Position numbers and translations under genes: made by a program. A stretch of 64,000 nt of DNA from a virus, in IMG/VR virus record IMGVR_UViG_3300026488_000018, positions 1 to 64,000 of that record; one strand, given 5' to 3'. The stretch's first letter is position 1. Every line of letters begins with the position of its first letter. Below, one piece after another: positions 56,566 through 64,000 of this stretch. The notes below the pieces were generated by a model that worked only from the letters and a program-made list of their open reading frames with translations, did not search any database and was not told where the DNA came from.

Positions 56566-59500
56566 ATGGTCGAGTATATTAAGAAGAGGGATGGAAGAAT
56601 TGTTAAGTTTGACAGAAGTAGAATTGAAAATGCTGTCAGGAAGGCTTTTCTTGATGCCAATAATGGGTATGATGAAAACGACGTGAAGAAAGTTACTCGC
56701 GCCGTGCTGTATCGCATTACTCAGTTGTATGGCGAGGATGATATTCCAAGCGTGGAAGAGATTAACGATATTGTTGAAATAACACTGATGAAGCACGGGT
56801 ATTATGATGTTGCGAAGAAGTTCATAATGTATCGCAAGAAGAAGGAAGATGAGCGCAAGGAGAAGATGCGTATTTGGGGGCTTAAAGAGTGGGTTGATGA
56901 CCCCGTTCTAAAGAAGTTTAGTATTAACGCGTTGAGGGTTCTCGCTTCGCGGTATCCAATTAAGGACGAGAATGGTAATATTGTTGAGCTCCCGAGTGAG
57001 ATTTTCAGACGTGTTGCTGTTGGTGTTGCTATTGCCGAGATGTTGTATGATAAGAAGGTGTTTGATAAGAACGGCGGTCACAGAGCGCGGTATCCAGAGG
57101 TTTTTGAAGGTGAAGAGCTCGAAAAGCTTGGGGTGGAAATTTTTGGGTATAAACTGAATCGTTATATGTGGGAGAGGCTTTATGAGAGGTTTAAGGAACT
57201 TGCCGATGAAGGCAAAATGAAGGTTTCTTGGGAGCAGTTTGTTGAGCTGGTTAAGGATGGTAAGATTACTAAGAATGCGGAGAAGTATGCTAAAGAGTGG
57301 TATGAGTTAATGGTTAATCAGTACATGATGCCTAACACGCCAACGATTAGCAATGCAGGAAGACCGTTTTATATGTTATCAGCATGTTTTGTGAATTATT
57401 TAGAAGATAGTTTAGAAGGGATTATGAAAACAGCCCATGATATAGCAATTATAAGTAAGTATGGTGGTGGTAATGGAGTTGATTTAACTGTGTTGAGGCC
57501 AGAAGGGGATAAGGTTTCGAAGACAAGTGGCGTGAGTTCGGGACCCGTTTCGTTTCTGCATATGTTTGATGCTATTAGTAATGTTATTAAAGAAGGTGGG
57601 ATAAGGCGTTCAGCTGGCATGGCTGTTATGCAGTATTGGCATCCAGACATTGATAAGTTTATTTATGCAAAGAAAGATAACGATGGTAAGAGTGTCCTCA
57701 CCACGTTTAATATCAGTGTTGGTCTTTGGGAGGAGTTCTGGGAGAAACTTGAGAAGGGTGAAGAGTTTGAATTGATTAATCCGCGCGATGGTTCTGTCTG
57801 GGGCAAGAAGGATGCGAGGAAGTTTTTTGAGGAACTTGCTTATATGGCTTGGGCGAAGGCTGACCCCGGTGTGCTGTATTTTGATAGACACAATCAGTAT
57901 AATATTATGCGTGAGAAGTGGGGCGATATTACCGCGACTAATCCGTGTCTAACTGGAGATGCTTTGGTTGTTACCCCCGCAGGTCTAAAGAGAATGGACG
58001 AACTGAGAGAGGGAGATATGGTTTACGTTGGTAACGGGAAGTTTGAGAAGATTGTGAAGTTTTATGATTTAGGTGAACAAGACGTGTACCGTATTGTTAC
58101 AAGGATGGGGTTTGAGATTAAAGCGACGGGTGACCACAGGTTTATGACGAGTCGTGGTGTTAAGAGAGTTGATGAGATGAAGGTCGACGACACAGTATTT
58201 GTTTGGATGAATTGGAAGAGGCAGGAGTATGGTGTTGGTGAATTTGTTCCAGATGTAATTGTTAAGATTGAATATGTTGGTAAGGAGCGTGTTTACGATT
58301 TCGAAACTGATGGCAATAAGTGGTTCTTTGCGAACGGTATTTATAATTTGGATTGCGGTGAAGAAGCTTTGTATCCTTACGAGGCATGCAATTTACTGAG
58401 TATTAATCTGTGGAAGTTTGTAAAGGAGGATGAAAATGGTAATAAGTATTTTGATTGGGATGAATATGCTAAGGTTATTAAGAGCGCCGTGAGAATGCTT
58501 GATGATGTAATTGAGGTGAATAAGTATCCTCTTCCGGAGATTAACGAGATGGTAAAGAAGACGCGGCGCGTTGGTCTTGGCTTTATGGGTATTGCTGAGG
58601 CACTGTTTGAGCTGGGTATTCCATATAATAGCAAGGAAGCATATGATTTAATGAAGAAGTGGGCGGAGACTAACCAGTATTTTGCCATGGTAGAGAGCGT
58701 TGAGCTTGCAAAGGAGAGAGGTGAGTTTCCGGCGTTTGAAGAGAGCGGTTATGTTAGGGGAGAACTCCCCGTCGCTGGGTATTATGAAGTTCCAAGAGAG
58801 GAGTGGAATTATGATTGGGATGGTTTAGTTGAAGAAATAAAGAAGCATGGTATCAGGAATGCGTTTCTTACTACTGCGCCCCCAACGGGTTCGGTTTCAA
58901 TGATTGCTGATACTTCAAGCGGTATTGAACCACAGTTTGCGCTTGCGTATAAGAAGAGTGTTACAATTGGTGAATTCTACTACATCGACCCAGTATTTGA
59001 AAGAGTGTTGAAGGAGAGAGGTATTTACTCGGATGATTTAATTAAGAAGATTGTCGATAACGGTGGTTCAGTGCAGGGTATTGAAGAAGTTCCAGAAGAT
59101 ATTAGAAGAGTGTTTGTTACGGCAATGGATATTCATTGGATGGACCATATTCTGGCGCAGGCGGTATTCCAGTTGTGGACTGATGTGAGTATTTCAAAGA
59201 CGATTAATATGCCCGAAAATGCAACGGTAGAGGATGTTAAGGCTGCGTATTTGATGGGTCATTATCTCGGGTTGAAGGGTGTCACAGTGTATCGCATGAA
59301 CAGTTTAACTTATCAGGTATTGTCAACGGAGAAGAACAAGAGGAAAGAGCCAGAGATGAGCGATTACGCGAAGGAGACATTCGAAAGAATTTTGAATGAA
59401 CACGAATGGTTAAAGTCGTATATCAACCTCGAAGAAATTAGTGGTTATAAGTTAAAGCAGAAGAACGGTGGATTGTTTTTGAATGTTGGTTTTGAGTTTC

Positions 59501-59763
59501 CAAGAAAAGAACCGACCCCCCAGCAGGGTATTGATTTGAGTAAAGTGGGCGAGTTGATTGAGAAGTATGCTAAGAGTGGAGAGAGTATTGTTGATGATGA
59601 TGTATTTAAGGCAATTGATGAAGAACTTCGTAAAAAAGGCCTACTTGGCACCGCGTATTGTCCAATATGCTGGGAGAAGGATAGGGTATTAAGCCCAGTT
59701 GTGTTCGAGGCGGGGTGTAAGACGTGTAAGAGATGTGGTTGGAGCGCTTGTACAGTTGCTTAA
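56566..59763 (+). CDS. nrdJ: Class II (B12-dependent) ribonucleotide reductase with ATP cone and intein
   Basis: IKKRDG ATP cone, PNTPT, LSACF, GGGNG, TNP|C..|CGEE, ACNL.SINL, APPTGS, SSGIEP, ISKTIN; C-terminal Zn site. Confidence 0.92.
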   Translation: MVEYIKKRDGRIVKFDRSRIENAVRKAFLDANNGYDENDVKKVTRAVLYRITQLYGEDDIPSVEEINDIVEITLMKHGYYDVAKKFIMYRKKKEDERKEKMRIWGLKEWVDDPVLKKFSINALRVLASRYPIKDENGNIVELPSEIFRRVAVGVAIAEMLYDKKVFDKNGGHRARYPEVFEGEELEKLGVEIFGYKLNRYMWERLYERFKELADEGKMKVSWEQFVELVKDGKITKNAEKYAKEWYELMVNQYMMPNTPTISNAGRPFYMLSACFVNYLEDSLEGIMKTAHDIAIISKYGGGNGVDLTVLRPEGDKVSKTSGVSSGPVSFLHMFDAISNVIKEGGIRRSAGMAVMQYWHPDIDKFIYAKKDNDGKSVLTTFNISVGLWEEFWEKLEKGEEFELINPRDGSVWGKKDARKFFEELAYMAWAKADPGVLYFDRHNQYNIMREKWGDITATNPCLTGDALVVTPAGLKRMDELREGDMVYVGNGKFEKIVKFYDLGEQDVYRIVTRMGFEIKATGDHRFMTSRGVKRVDEMKVDDTVFVWMNWKRQEYGVGEFVPDVIVKIEYVGKERVYDFETDGNKWFFANGIYNLDCGEEALYPYEACNLLSINLWKFVKEDENGNKYFDWDEYAKVIKSAVRMLDDVIEVNKYPLPEINEMVKKTRRVGLGFMGIAEALFELGIPYNSKEAYDLMKKWAETNQYFAMVESVELAKERGEFPAFEESGYVRGELPVAGYYEVPREEWNYDWDGLVEEIKKHGIRNAFLTTAPPTGSVSMIADTSSGIEPQFALAYKKSVTIGEFYYIDPVFERVLKERGIYSDDLIKKIVDNGGSVQGIEEVPEDIRRVFVTAMDIHWMDHILAQAVFQLWTDVSISKTINMPENATVEDVKAAYLMGHYLGLKGVTVYRMNSLTYQVLSTEKNKRKEPEMSDYAKETFERILNEHEWLKSYINLEEISGYKLKQKNGGLFLNVGFEFPRKEPTPQQGIDLSKVGELIEKYAKSGESIVDDDVFKAIDEELRKKGLLGTAYCPICWEKDRVLSPVVFEAGCKTCKRCGWSACTVA
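57946..58353 (+). mobile_element. Mini-intein (136 aa) at the NPC/GE active site of RNR
   Basis: Starts CLTGDALV, block B ATGDH, block F VYDFE, ends ANGIYNLD before +1 Cys; no homing endonuclease. Confidence 0.9.
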
Positions 59764-59775
59764 TTAGGCTAAAGC

Positions 59776-59798
59776 TTTTTAAACTTTTCTTTTGTATT
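59776..59798 (+). promoter_or_regulatory. Viral promoter consensus upstream of the phosphatase/kinase operon
   Basis: TTTTTAAA-N10-GTATT. Confidence 0.7.
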
Positions 59799-59814
59799 AT
59801 TTACGGTGGTGTAA

Positions 59815-59988
59815 ATGTATGTAGTTGAGAAAGACGGTAAGGTGGTAGGCGCGTTTAACGCTTACAATGTGTTTTTCATTGATGAAGTGCTTAAGATGAA
59901 TTTTATCGAGATTGCTAATAGGTACGGTATTGATGAGGTTATAATGTGGCTCAGAAAACTGGGGTATACTGTTAAGGAGGTTGATTGA
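59815..59988 (+). CDS. Small hypothetical protein (57 aa)
   Basis: Manual translation MYVVEKDGKVVGAF...LRKLGYTVKEVD. Confidence 0.6.
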   Translation: MYVVEKDGKVVGAFNAYNVFFIDEVLKMNFIEIANRYGIDEVIMWLRKLGYTVKEVD

Positions 59989-60630
59989 ATGGGGAGGTTT
60001 TTGTTTGTTAGTGATTTACATGTGAATGACGAAAATTATGAGCGGACTTTGGAAGGACTGAATAACATAGTATCGAAATATGATGTCGATTTTATAGTTA
60101 GCGGGGGCGATAACGGTGAGGTGGATAATAATTTTCTGGATAGTCTGAATGCTTGCTTTTATTCGATATATGGTAACCATGATACGATTGAGTGGGTGAA
60201 AGATTTTAACGGACATTGGCTACATGATGGTATGCATGTGATTGGTGATTTTTCACTGTTGGCATGGAATGGGATTTTTGGGTTTAGTGAAAAATACCCC
60301 AAGTGGTACCATCGTAGCTTAGATGATTTTATTCGTTTTGGGTATAGCTGGGCTAACGCAAGACCAGATGTGTTTGTAAGTCATGAGATACCATACTATA
60401 ACAGGTTTGGCAAGCAAGTACAGGAATATTTGAGTGTTATGAATTACGGTGTAAAGATGATAAAGCCGAGAGTATGGCTTAATGGCCACATCCACAGAGG
60501 CGTTATAATAGACAGAGACACATTCCAGGGTATTGTTTATGTGAATGTCGAGAGTAAGGGAAAGAAAGTTAGCGGTGTTATCGTTGAAAAAGATGGTGAT
60601 GAAATTAATATAACAATTGTAGAGGGATGA
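59989..60630 (+). CDS. Calcineurin-like metallophosphoesterase
   Basis: SDLH, GGDN, GNHD, SHE.P, GHIH motifs. Confidence 0.9.
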   Translation: MGRFLFVSDLHVNDENYERTLEGLNNIVSKYDVDFIVSGGDNGEVDNNFLDSLNACFYSIYGNHDTIEWVKDFNGHWLHDGMHVIGDFSLLAWNGIFGFSEKYPKWYHRSLDDFIRFGYSWANARPDVFVSHEIPYYNRFGKQVQEYLSVMNYGVKMIKPRVWLNGHIHRGVIIDRDTFQGIVYVNVESKGKKVSGVIVEKDGDEINITIVEG

Positions 60631-60633
60631 CGG

Positions 60634-60831
60634 ATGACTGTGGTAGTGTATCGTTGGTATTATGGTGAGTATAAAGAGTTGTTTAGGATTACAGGCAATA
60701 AAGTGTCGAATGAGTATGGAGAGATGTTTTTGAGAGAATTAGGGATACCAATGAATGAGGATGCGGTATTTAAGAGTCTTAAATCGAATGGGGTTTATTT
60801 AGTTGAAAGGGTGGGTGATGAGAGTGATTGA
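60634..60831 (+). CDS. Small protein, paralogue of 60818
   Basis: LF.(I/V).G...SN...RE.G...E..(V/I).K.L..N..YL pattern. Confidence 0.6.
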   Translation: MTVVVYRWYYGEYKELFRITGNKVSNEYGEMFLRELGIPMNEDAVFKSLKSNGVYLVERVGDESD

Positions 60832-61000
60832 GGTTGTACGTATTATCGGTGATAAAGTTATTCCTCTTTTTACTGTTGATGGTGATGAGTTTAGTAATAT
60901 AGAGCTTGCGCGCGAGTATGGGTTTGACGGCATGGATGAAGAGAAAATCAAGAAGCTTCTCTGGGATAATCCATATCTTAATTATAGGGAGGTGGAGTGA
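60818..61000 (+). CDS. Small protein, paralogue of 60634
   Basis: Same pattern; SD GGGTGGGTG. Confidence 0.6.
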   Translation: MRVIEVVRIIGDKVIPLFTVDGDEFSNIELAREYGFDGMDEEKIKKLLWDNPYLNYREVE

Positions 61001-63345
61001 TGCAGGGTGCAGAAAAATTCCAAGGGAAGTCTTATTCAGAAGTTCCACCCGAGTATAGGTATTATGTTGATGAAGAAGAGGAGAGTAAATTTAGGGCAAT
61101 GGGTGTTCCTATATATGAGGGTCCACATGGTGGGAAGTTTATAGATAGACGCGATTTGATTAGACACGGTGAGAGAAATCCAATTGAAGTGTCAAGTACG
61201 AATATTATTAAGTTGAAACAGTATTACGACGCTTTATTGGAACGAGGCAGTATTGATTCGGATGAGATGAAGAATGTGATAGCGGCGTTGAATTGGGTAA
61301 GATTTAAGGGAATGGCCCGCAAGGTGGGTGATTTGAGTGTTATTGATGATAAAATTGCTAAGGTCGAGAAATTAGATATAAATTCGTTAAATAGGGATAT
61401 TTTGTTTAAAGTTCAGTTTAAGGACGGAACATACGCGTATATGAAGAAGCTTTTTCCTGATGAAATGATAGAGGTTAGGGTTGCCGGTATTACAGGACAT
61501 ATTGTTAGTAATATGTTGGAGAAGATTGTTGAAAGTGATGTTTTGAAGAAGCTATTACCGAAAGGGCGTTTGGTTAATTACAACGGCGATTGGTATTTTA
61601 TGACAGATGAAGTGTATGGTGTTTTGGGTGTTAACGCGAGGGATAAGCTGAAGGATATTGATTTCAATAGTGACGACATGATAGATTTGATGGCGGGTTT
61701 GATTGTAATTGGGTTAGGTGATTTACATTTTGCTAATGTATTCTATGAGCCAAACGCAAAGATAATAATTCCATTTGATTTTGATTTCGCAGGAAGTAAC
61801 ATTAAAATTACAAATTTTGGACCACTTGATTTTATTGCGAGGGTTGATAAGGATAAGTTTAAGGATTTGGATTTCAGGAAACTTGCCGATAAAGTTGTTG
61901 AAAAATTTGAAAAATATAACGGTGAACTACGTCAGTATTTGTCAGATGAAGAAGATGTATTGAAGACGTATATTAATGCAGATGAGCGGGACGTTGATTT
62001 TGCGATTGAGAGTTTTTATGAGTGGTTTAATAGACTTGGAAAAATTGTTCAGATGTATAAGGATGGAATGATAAATGGTTTTGGGATGTTAGTTAATGTT
62101 GGTTCGGCGAGACCAAAAGTTAATATTAGGGCGTTTATCGGCGATGATTTATTTAATGAGTTGATAAATGATTTTTCGAAAGCCGCAAAGGTACCGGCTG
62201 AGTATAGGTTGTATATTAATAACTGGCAGGCCCAACGATTTAGGCGCAAGGGTATTAAAGTTTACAGAGGCCCGCGTGGTGGGCTGTATGTTGATATCAG
62301 AGAGTTAAAGAATAGAGGTGTTAATACAGACGAAGTTAAGGTGGTTGAGGAGTTTAAACCGGAGTTACTGGAGGATTCTAAGAATTTGAATGCTATTATT
62401 GCCAGGGTTGCAGAAGAACCAAAATTACGTGTGGCCGTTGTTAACGAATTGAGGAAGGGTATTGATTACATGATAGAGAAACTTATTGATTACAAGTTAG
62501 GGCAGAATAGGGAGGAGTATTTGTTACATTATCGCAGAGCAGTGAATGCAGCATTTGTGCTAAATGCGTTGAATGGGAAAGCAATGGCGAATGATATGAA
62601 CAACGATAATTACAAGGTGGTATCGTTTAGTGATGTTGGTGCGCAACCGGGTGTTATAAATGTGACATCGATGTTTATAGGAGAATTTCTGGATGGGTCA
62701 CATATTTTTGCAAAGGAGTTGACGGATGATGCCGAGTGGGTTGTAAATAATTATGTTGCCCCAGCGTTGATTAAGGTATTGGTTGGTCGCGAGTATTCGG
62801 ACTTTATTCCAACACCGCGTATTATAGTGAAGGATGGTAGAGTGTTTGTTGGGACGAGTGAGGTGTATGGAGTTACTGGCATGGATTTAATGGGTATTCA
62901 AGATATTGAGTTAAAGAACGTGGATAGGTTCATGGATTTTCTCGCCGCTCACTATGTTGTTGGTTTGGATGATAGCCACGAGTCAAATTACTTCATAGAT
63001 CCAGAGAACGGAGTATTTGTACAGTTTGATGTTGATTATGCGTTTATGAGGGGTGGAACGGAGCTTCATATAGGTACTATGGTGGAAAAATTAGCAGAGT
63101 GGTACGGTTTTGATGCAACGGAGGTAAAGAGAAGAGGGATAGAGAAGTTGTTACAAAAAGAAAAGGAGATAATGTTCACTATAAGAGCGTTACGCGCGTC
63201 GTTAGATGTTTATGATATGCCCGAGGATAAGAAGGAGATAATGAAGAAGGGTATTGATAGAGCAGGCGCGTTTATGTTTGAACTTATCAGGAAAGCAAAG
63301 AAAGACCCAGACGAAGCTATACGGTATTTGGACAGCAAAATTTGA
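60997..63345 (+). CDS. Tandem GPxGG-tag + HipA/PI3K-like kinase protein (two modules)
   Basis: Module 1: AYMKK, GDLHFANV, PFDFDFA; module 2: IFAKE, DDSHESNY, QFDVDYA; each preceded by VP.EYR.Y...GP.GG. Confidence 0.8.
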   Translation: MMQGAEKFQGKSYSEVPPEYRYYVDEEEESKFRAMGVPIYEGPHGGKFIDRRDLIRHGERNPIEVSSTNIIKLKQYYDALLERGSIDSDEMKNVIAALNWVRFKGMARKVGDLSVIDDKIAKVEKLDINSLNRDILFKVQFKDGTYAYMKKLFPDEMIEVRVAGITGHIVSNMLEKIVESDVLKKLLPKGRLVNYNGDWYFMTDEVYGVLGVNARDKLKDIDFNSDDMIDLMAGLIVIGLGDLHFANVFYEPNAKIIIPFDFDFAGSNIKITNFGPLDFIARVDKDKFKDLDFRKLADKVVEKFEKYNGELRQYLSDEEDVLKTYINADERDVDFAIESFYEWFNRLGKIVQMYKDGMINGFGMLVNVGSARPKVNIRAFIGDDLFNELINDFSKAAKVPAEYRLYINNWQAQRFRRKGIKVYRGPRGGLYVDIRELKNRGVNTDEVKVVEEFKPELLEDSKNLNAIIARVAEEPKLRVAVVNELRKGIDYMIEKLIDYKLGQNREEYLLHYRRAVNAAFVLNALNGKAMANDMNNDNYKVVSFSDVGAQPGVINVTSMFIGEFLDGSHIFAKELTDDAEWVVNNYVAPALIKVLVGREYSDFIPTPRIIVKDGRVFVGTSEVYGVTGMDLMGIQDIELKNVDRFMDFLAAHYVVGLDDSHESNYFIDPENGVFVQFDVDYAFMRGGTELHIGTMVEKLAEWYGFDATEVKRRGIEKLLQKEKEIMFTIRALRASLDVYDMPEDKKEIMKKGIDRAGAFMFELIRKAKKDPDEAIRYLDSKI

Positions 63346-63391
63346 TGTTTATTATAAAGAGTAGGAATGAATATCTAATGGGGGTATTGAA

Positions 63392-63655
63392 ATGGAGGAC
63401 GATGTTATTTTTACTGAGATTGAAAAGGTGATAGAACAGAAGAAGAAACGATACGAGCGGGCTCTACTTGAAGAGGAGGAAGCAGGTAGAACGTTAACAA
63501 GAGTTACAGATTTAGAGAATTCTCTTATTGATGCGTATATTAAGTACCTCAGGATGAAGTATTGGGTGAAAGAACATAAAGTTGTTGCAAGTAAAGATGC
63601 TTTACGCGAGATTGACGAATTTTTTGAACTTGTCGAACAGGATGATACTGATTGA
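63392..63655 (+). CDS. Helical protein, possible terminase small subunit
   Basis: Position upstream of TerL; helical. Confidence 0.4.
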   Translation: MEDDVIFTEIEKVIEQKKKRYERALLEEEEAGRTLTRVTDLENSLIDAYIKYLRMKYWVKEHKVVASKDALREIDEFFELVEQDDTD

Positions 63656-63752
63656 TAGTTGCGAGGATAACTGATGGATGGGCTGTTAGCGGGATTACTA
63701 AGAGTGGCGGTGTTTGTGAGAAGAAACCGGAATCCTTATGGAGGGAATATGT

Positions 63753-64000
63753 ATGAGCAAGAAAGTTGTTGTTGATGAAGAATATCTAAAAAAGAAAGAA
63801 AAACTCAGGGAGTATGCCAGAAAACATCCAGTCGAGTTTTTTAAATGGATTACAGGGTTTGAACCTCGCCCGTTTCAGAAAAAATTTATGAAGACTAATA
63901 AGAGGCGTGTTATTGTTGTTACATCACGTCAGATTGGAAAATCGGAAGTTACTGCAGTTAAAGCAATTTGGAAAGCATGGTTGTTTGATAATCAATACAT
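63753..64000 (+). CDS. terL: Terminase large subunit (N-terminal part, truncated by window end)
   Basis: Manual translation: HPVEFF, PRPFQ adenine-binding motif, Walker A SRQIGKS. Confidence 0.88.
   Translation, partial: MSKKVVVDEEYLKKKEKLREYARKHPVEFFKWITGFEPRPFQKKFMKTNKRRVIVVTSRQIGKSEVTAVKAIWKAWLFDNQY

Larger units (their letters stand above)
1..64000 (+). mobile_element. Segment of a large tailed (Caudoviricetes) archaeal virus genome
   Basis: Portal, prohead protease, HK97-like MCP, tail and TerL genes plus archaeal-type replication genes; unidirectional dense coding; archaeal SD motifs; no host housekeeping genes or integrase seen. Confidence 0.95.

Noticed and set aside
7396-61963. Short alternative-frame + strand ORFs nested in large genes (e.g. 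7396, 10134, 41995, 42657, 53418, 61775)
   Set aside because: No SD, atypical composition, fully nested in conserved genes
359-62249. Numerous minus-strand ORFs in the track (e.g. 36237-36932, 42287-42886, 55729-56322)
   Set aside because: All are antisense shadows of well-supported + strand genes, Ser/Thr/Ile/Leu-rich, with no SD or family motifs
1-64000. Integrase, dpdA/TGT, MCM, PCNA or ligase genes
   Set aside because: No supporting motifs found in this window; they may lie outside it

Overview
The whole window reads as one segment of a large head-tail (Caudoviricetes, HK97-fold) archaeal virus. Essentially all credible genes are on the + strand, tightly packed with ATGA/GTGA overlaps, archaeal Shine-Dalgarno motifs (GGAGGTGA/GGGGTGA) and strong G>C skew. 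It starts with the 3' end of a tRNA-Leu that, from memory, resembles Thermococcales tRNA-Leu, pointing to a hyperthermophilic host. Recognisable modules: virion (portal, prohead protease, scaffold, major capsid protein, adaptor, tail tube, tail chaperones, short tape measure, hub, four beta-helix spikes, start of TerL); replication/repair (PolB, PriS-PriL fusion, RPA-like SSB, RadA-like, Hel308, Cas4-like, ERCC4, DEDDh); nucleotide metabolism (ThyX, dUTPase-like, class II RNR with intein); a TFB-like factor; and a 7-deazaguanine pathway (folE, queD, queE, queC, stand-alone GATase, yhhQ). The most unusual signal is a ~35-aa 'VP.E.R.Y...(Y)xGPxGG.Y/F' tag found four times, each in front of a toxin-like enzyme domain (HExxH peptidase, ADP-ribosyltransferase-like, two HipA/PI3K-like kinases). 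A giant prohead-protease polyprotein is punctuated by hydrophobic-x-Lys sites and carries an encapsulin-type ferritin-like domain and Cys-rich repeats. Together these suggest a capsid-loaded, protease-matured effector system. Other highlights: an Asp-terminated mini-intein, two TTT-CGN +1 frameshift candidates, a TATA-N10-GTATT promoter consensus, GATC avoidance and a Crn4-like ring nuclease candidate. All family assignments come from motif recognition by eye; no database searches were run.
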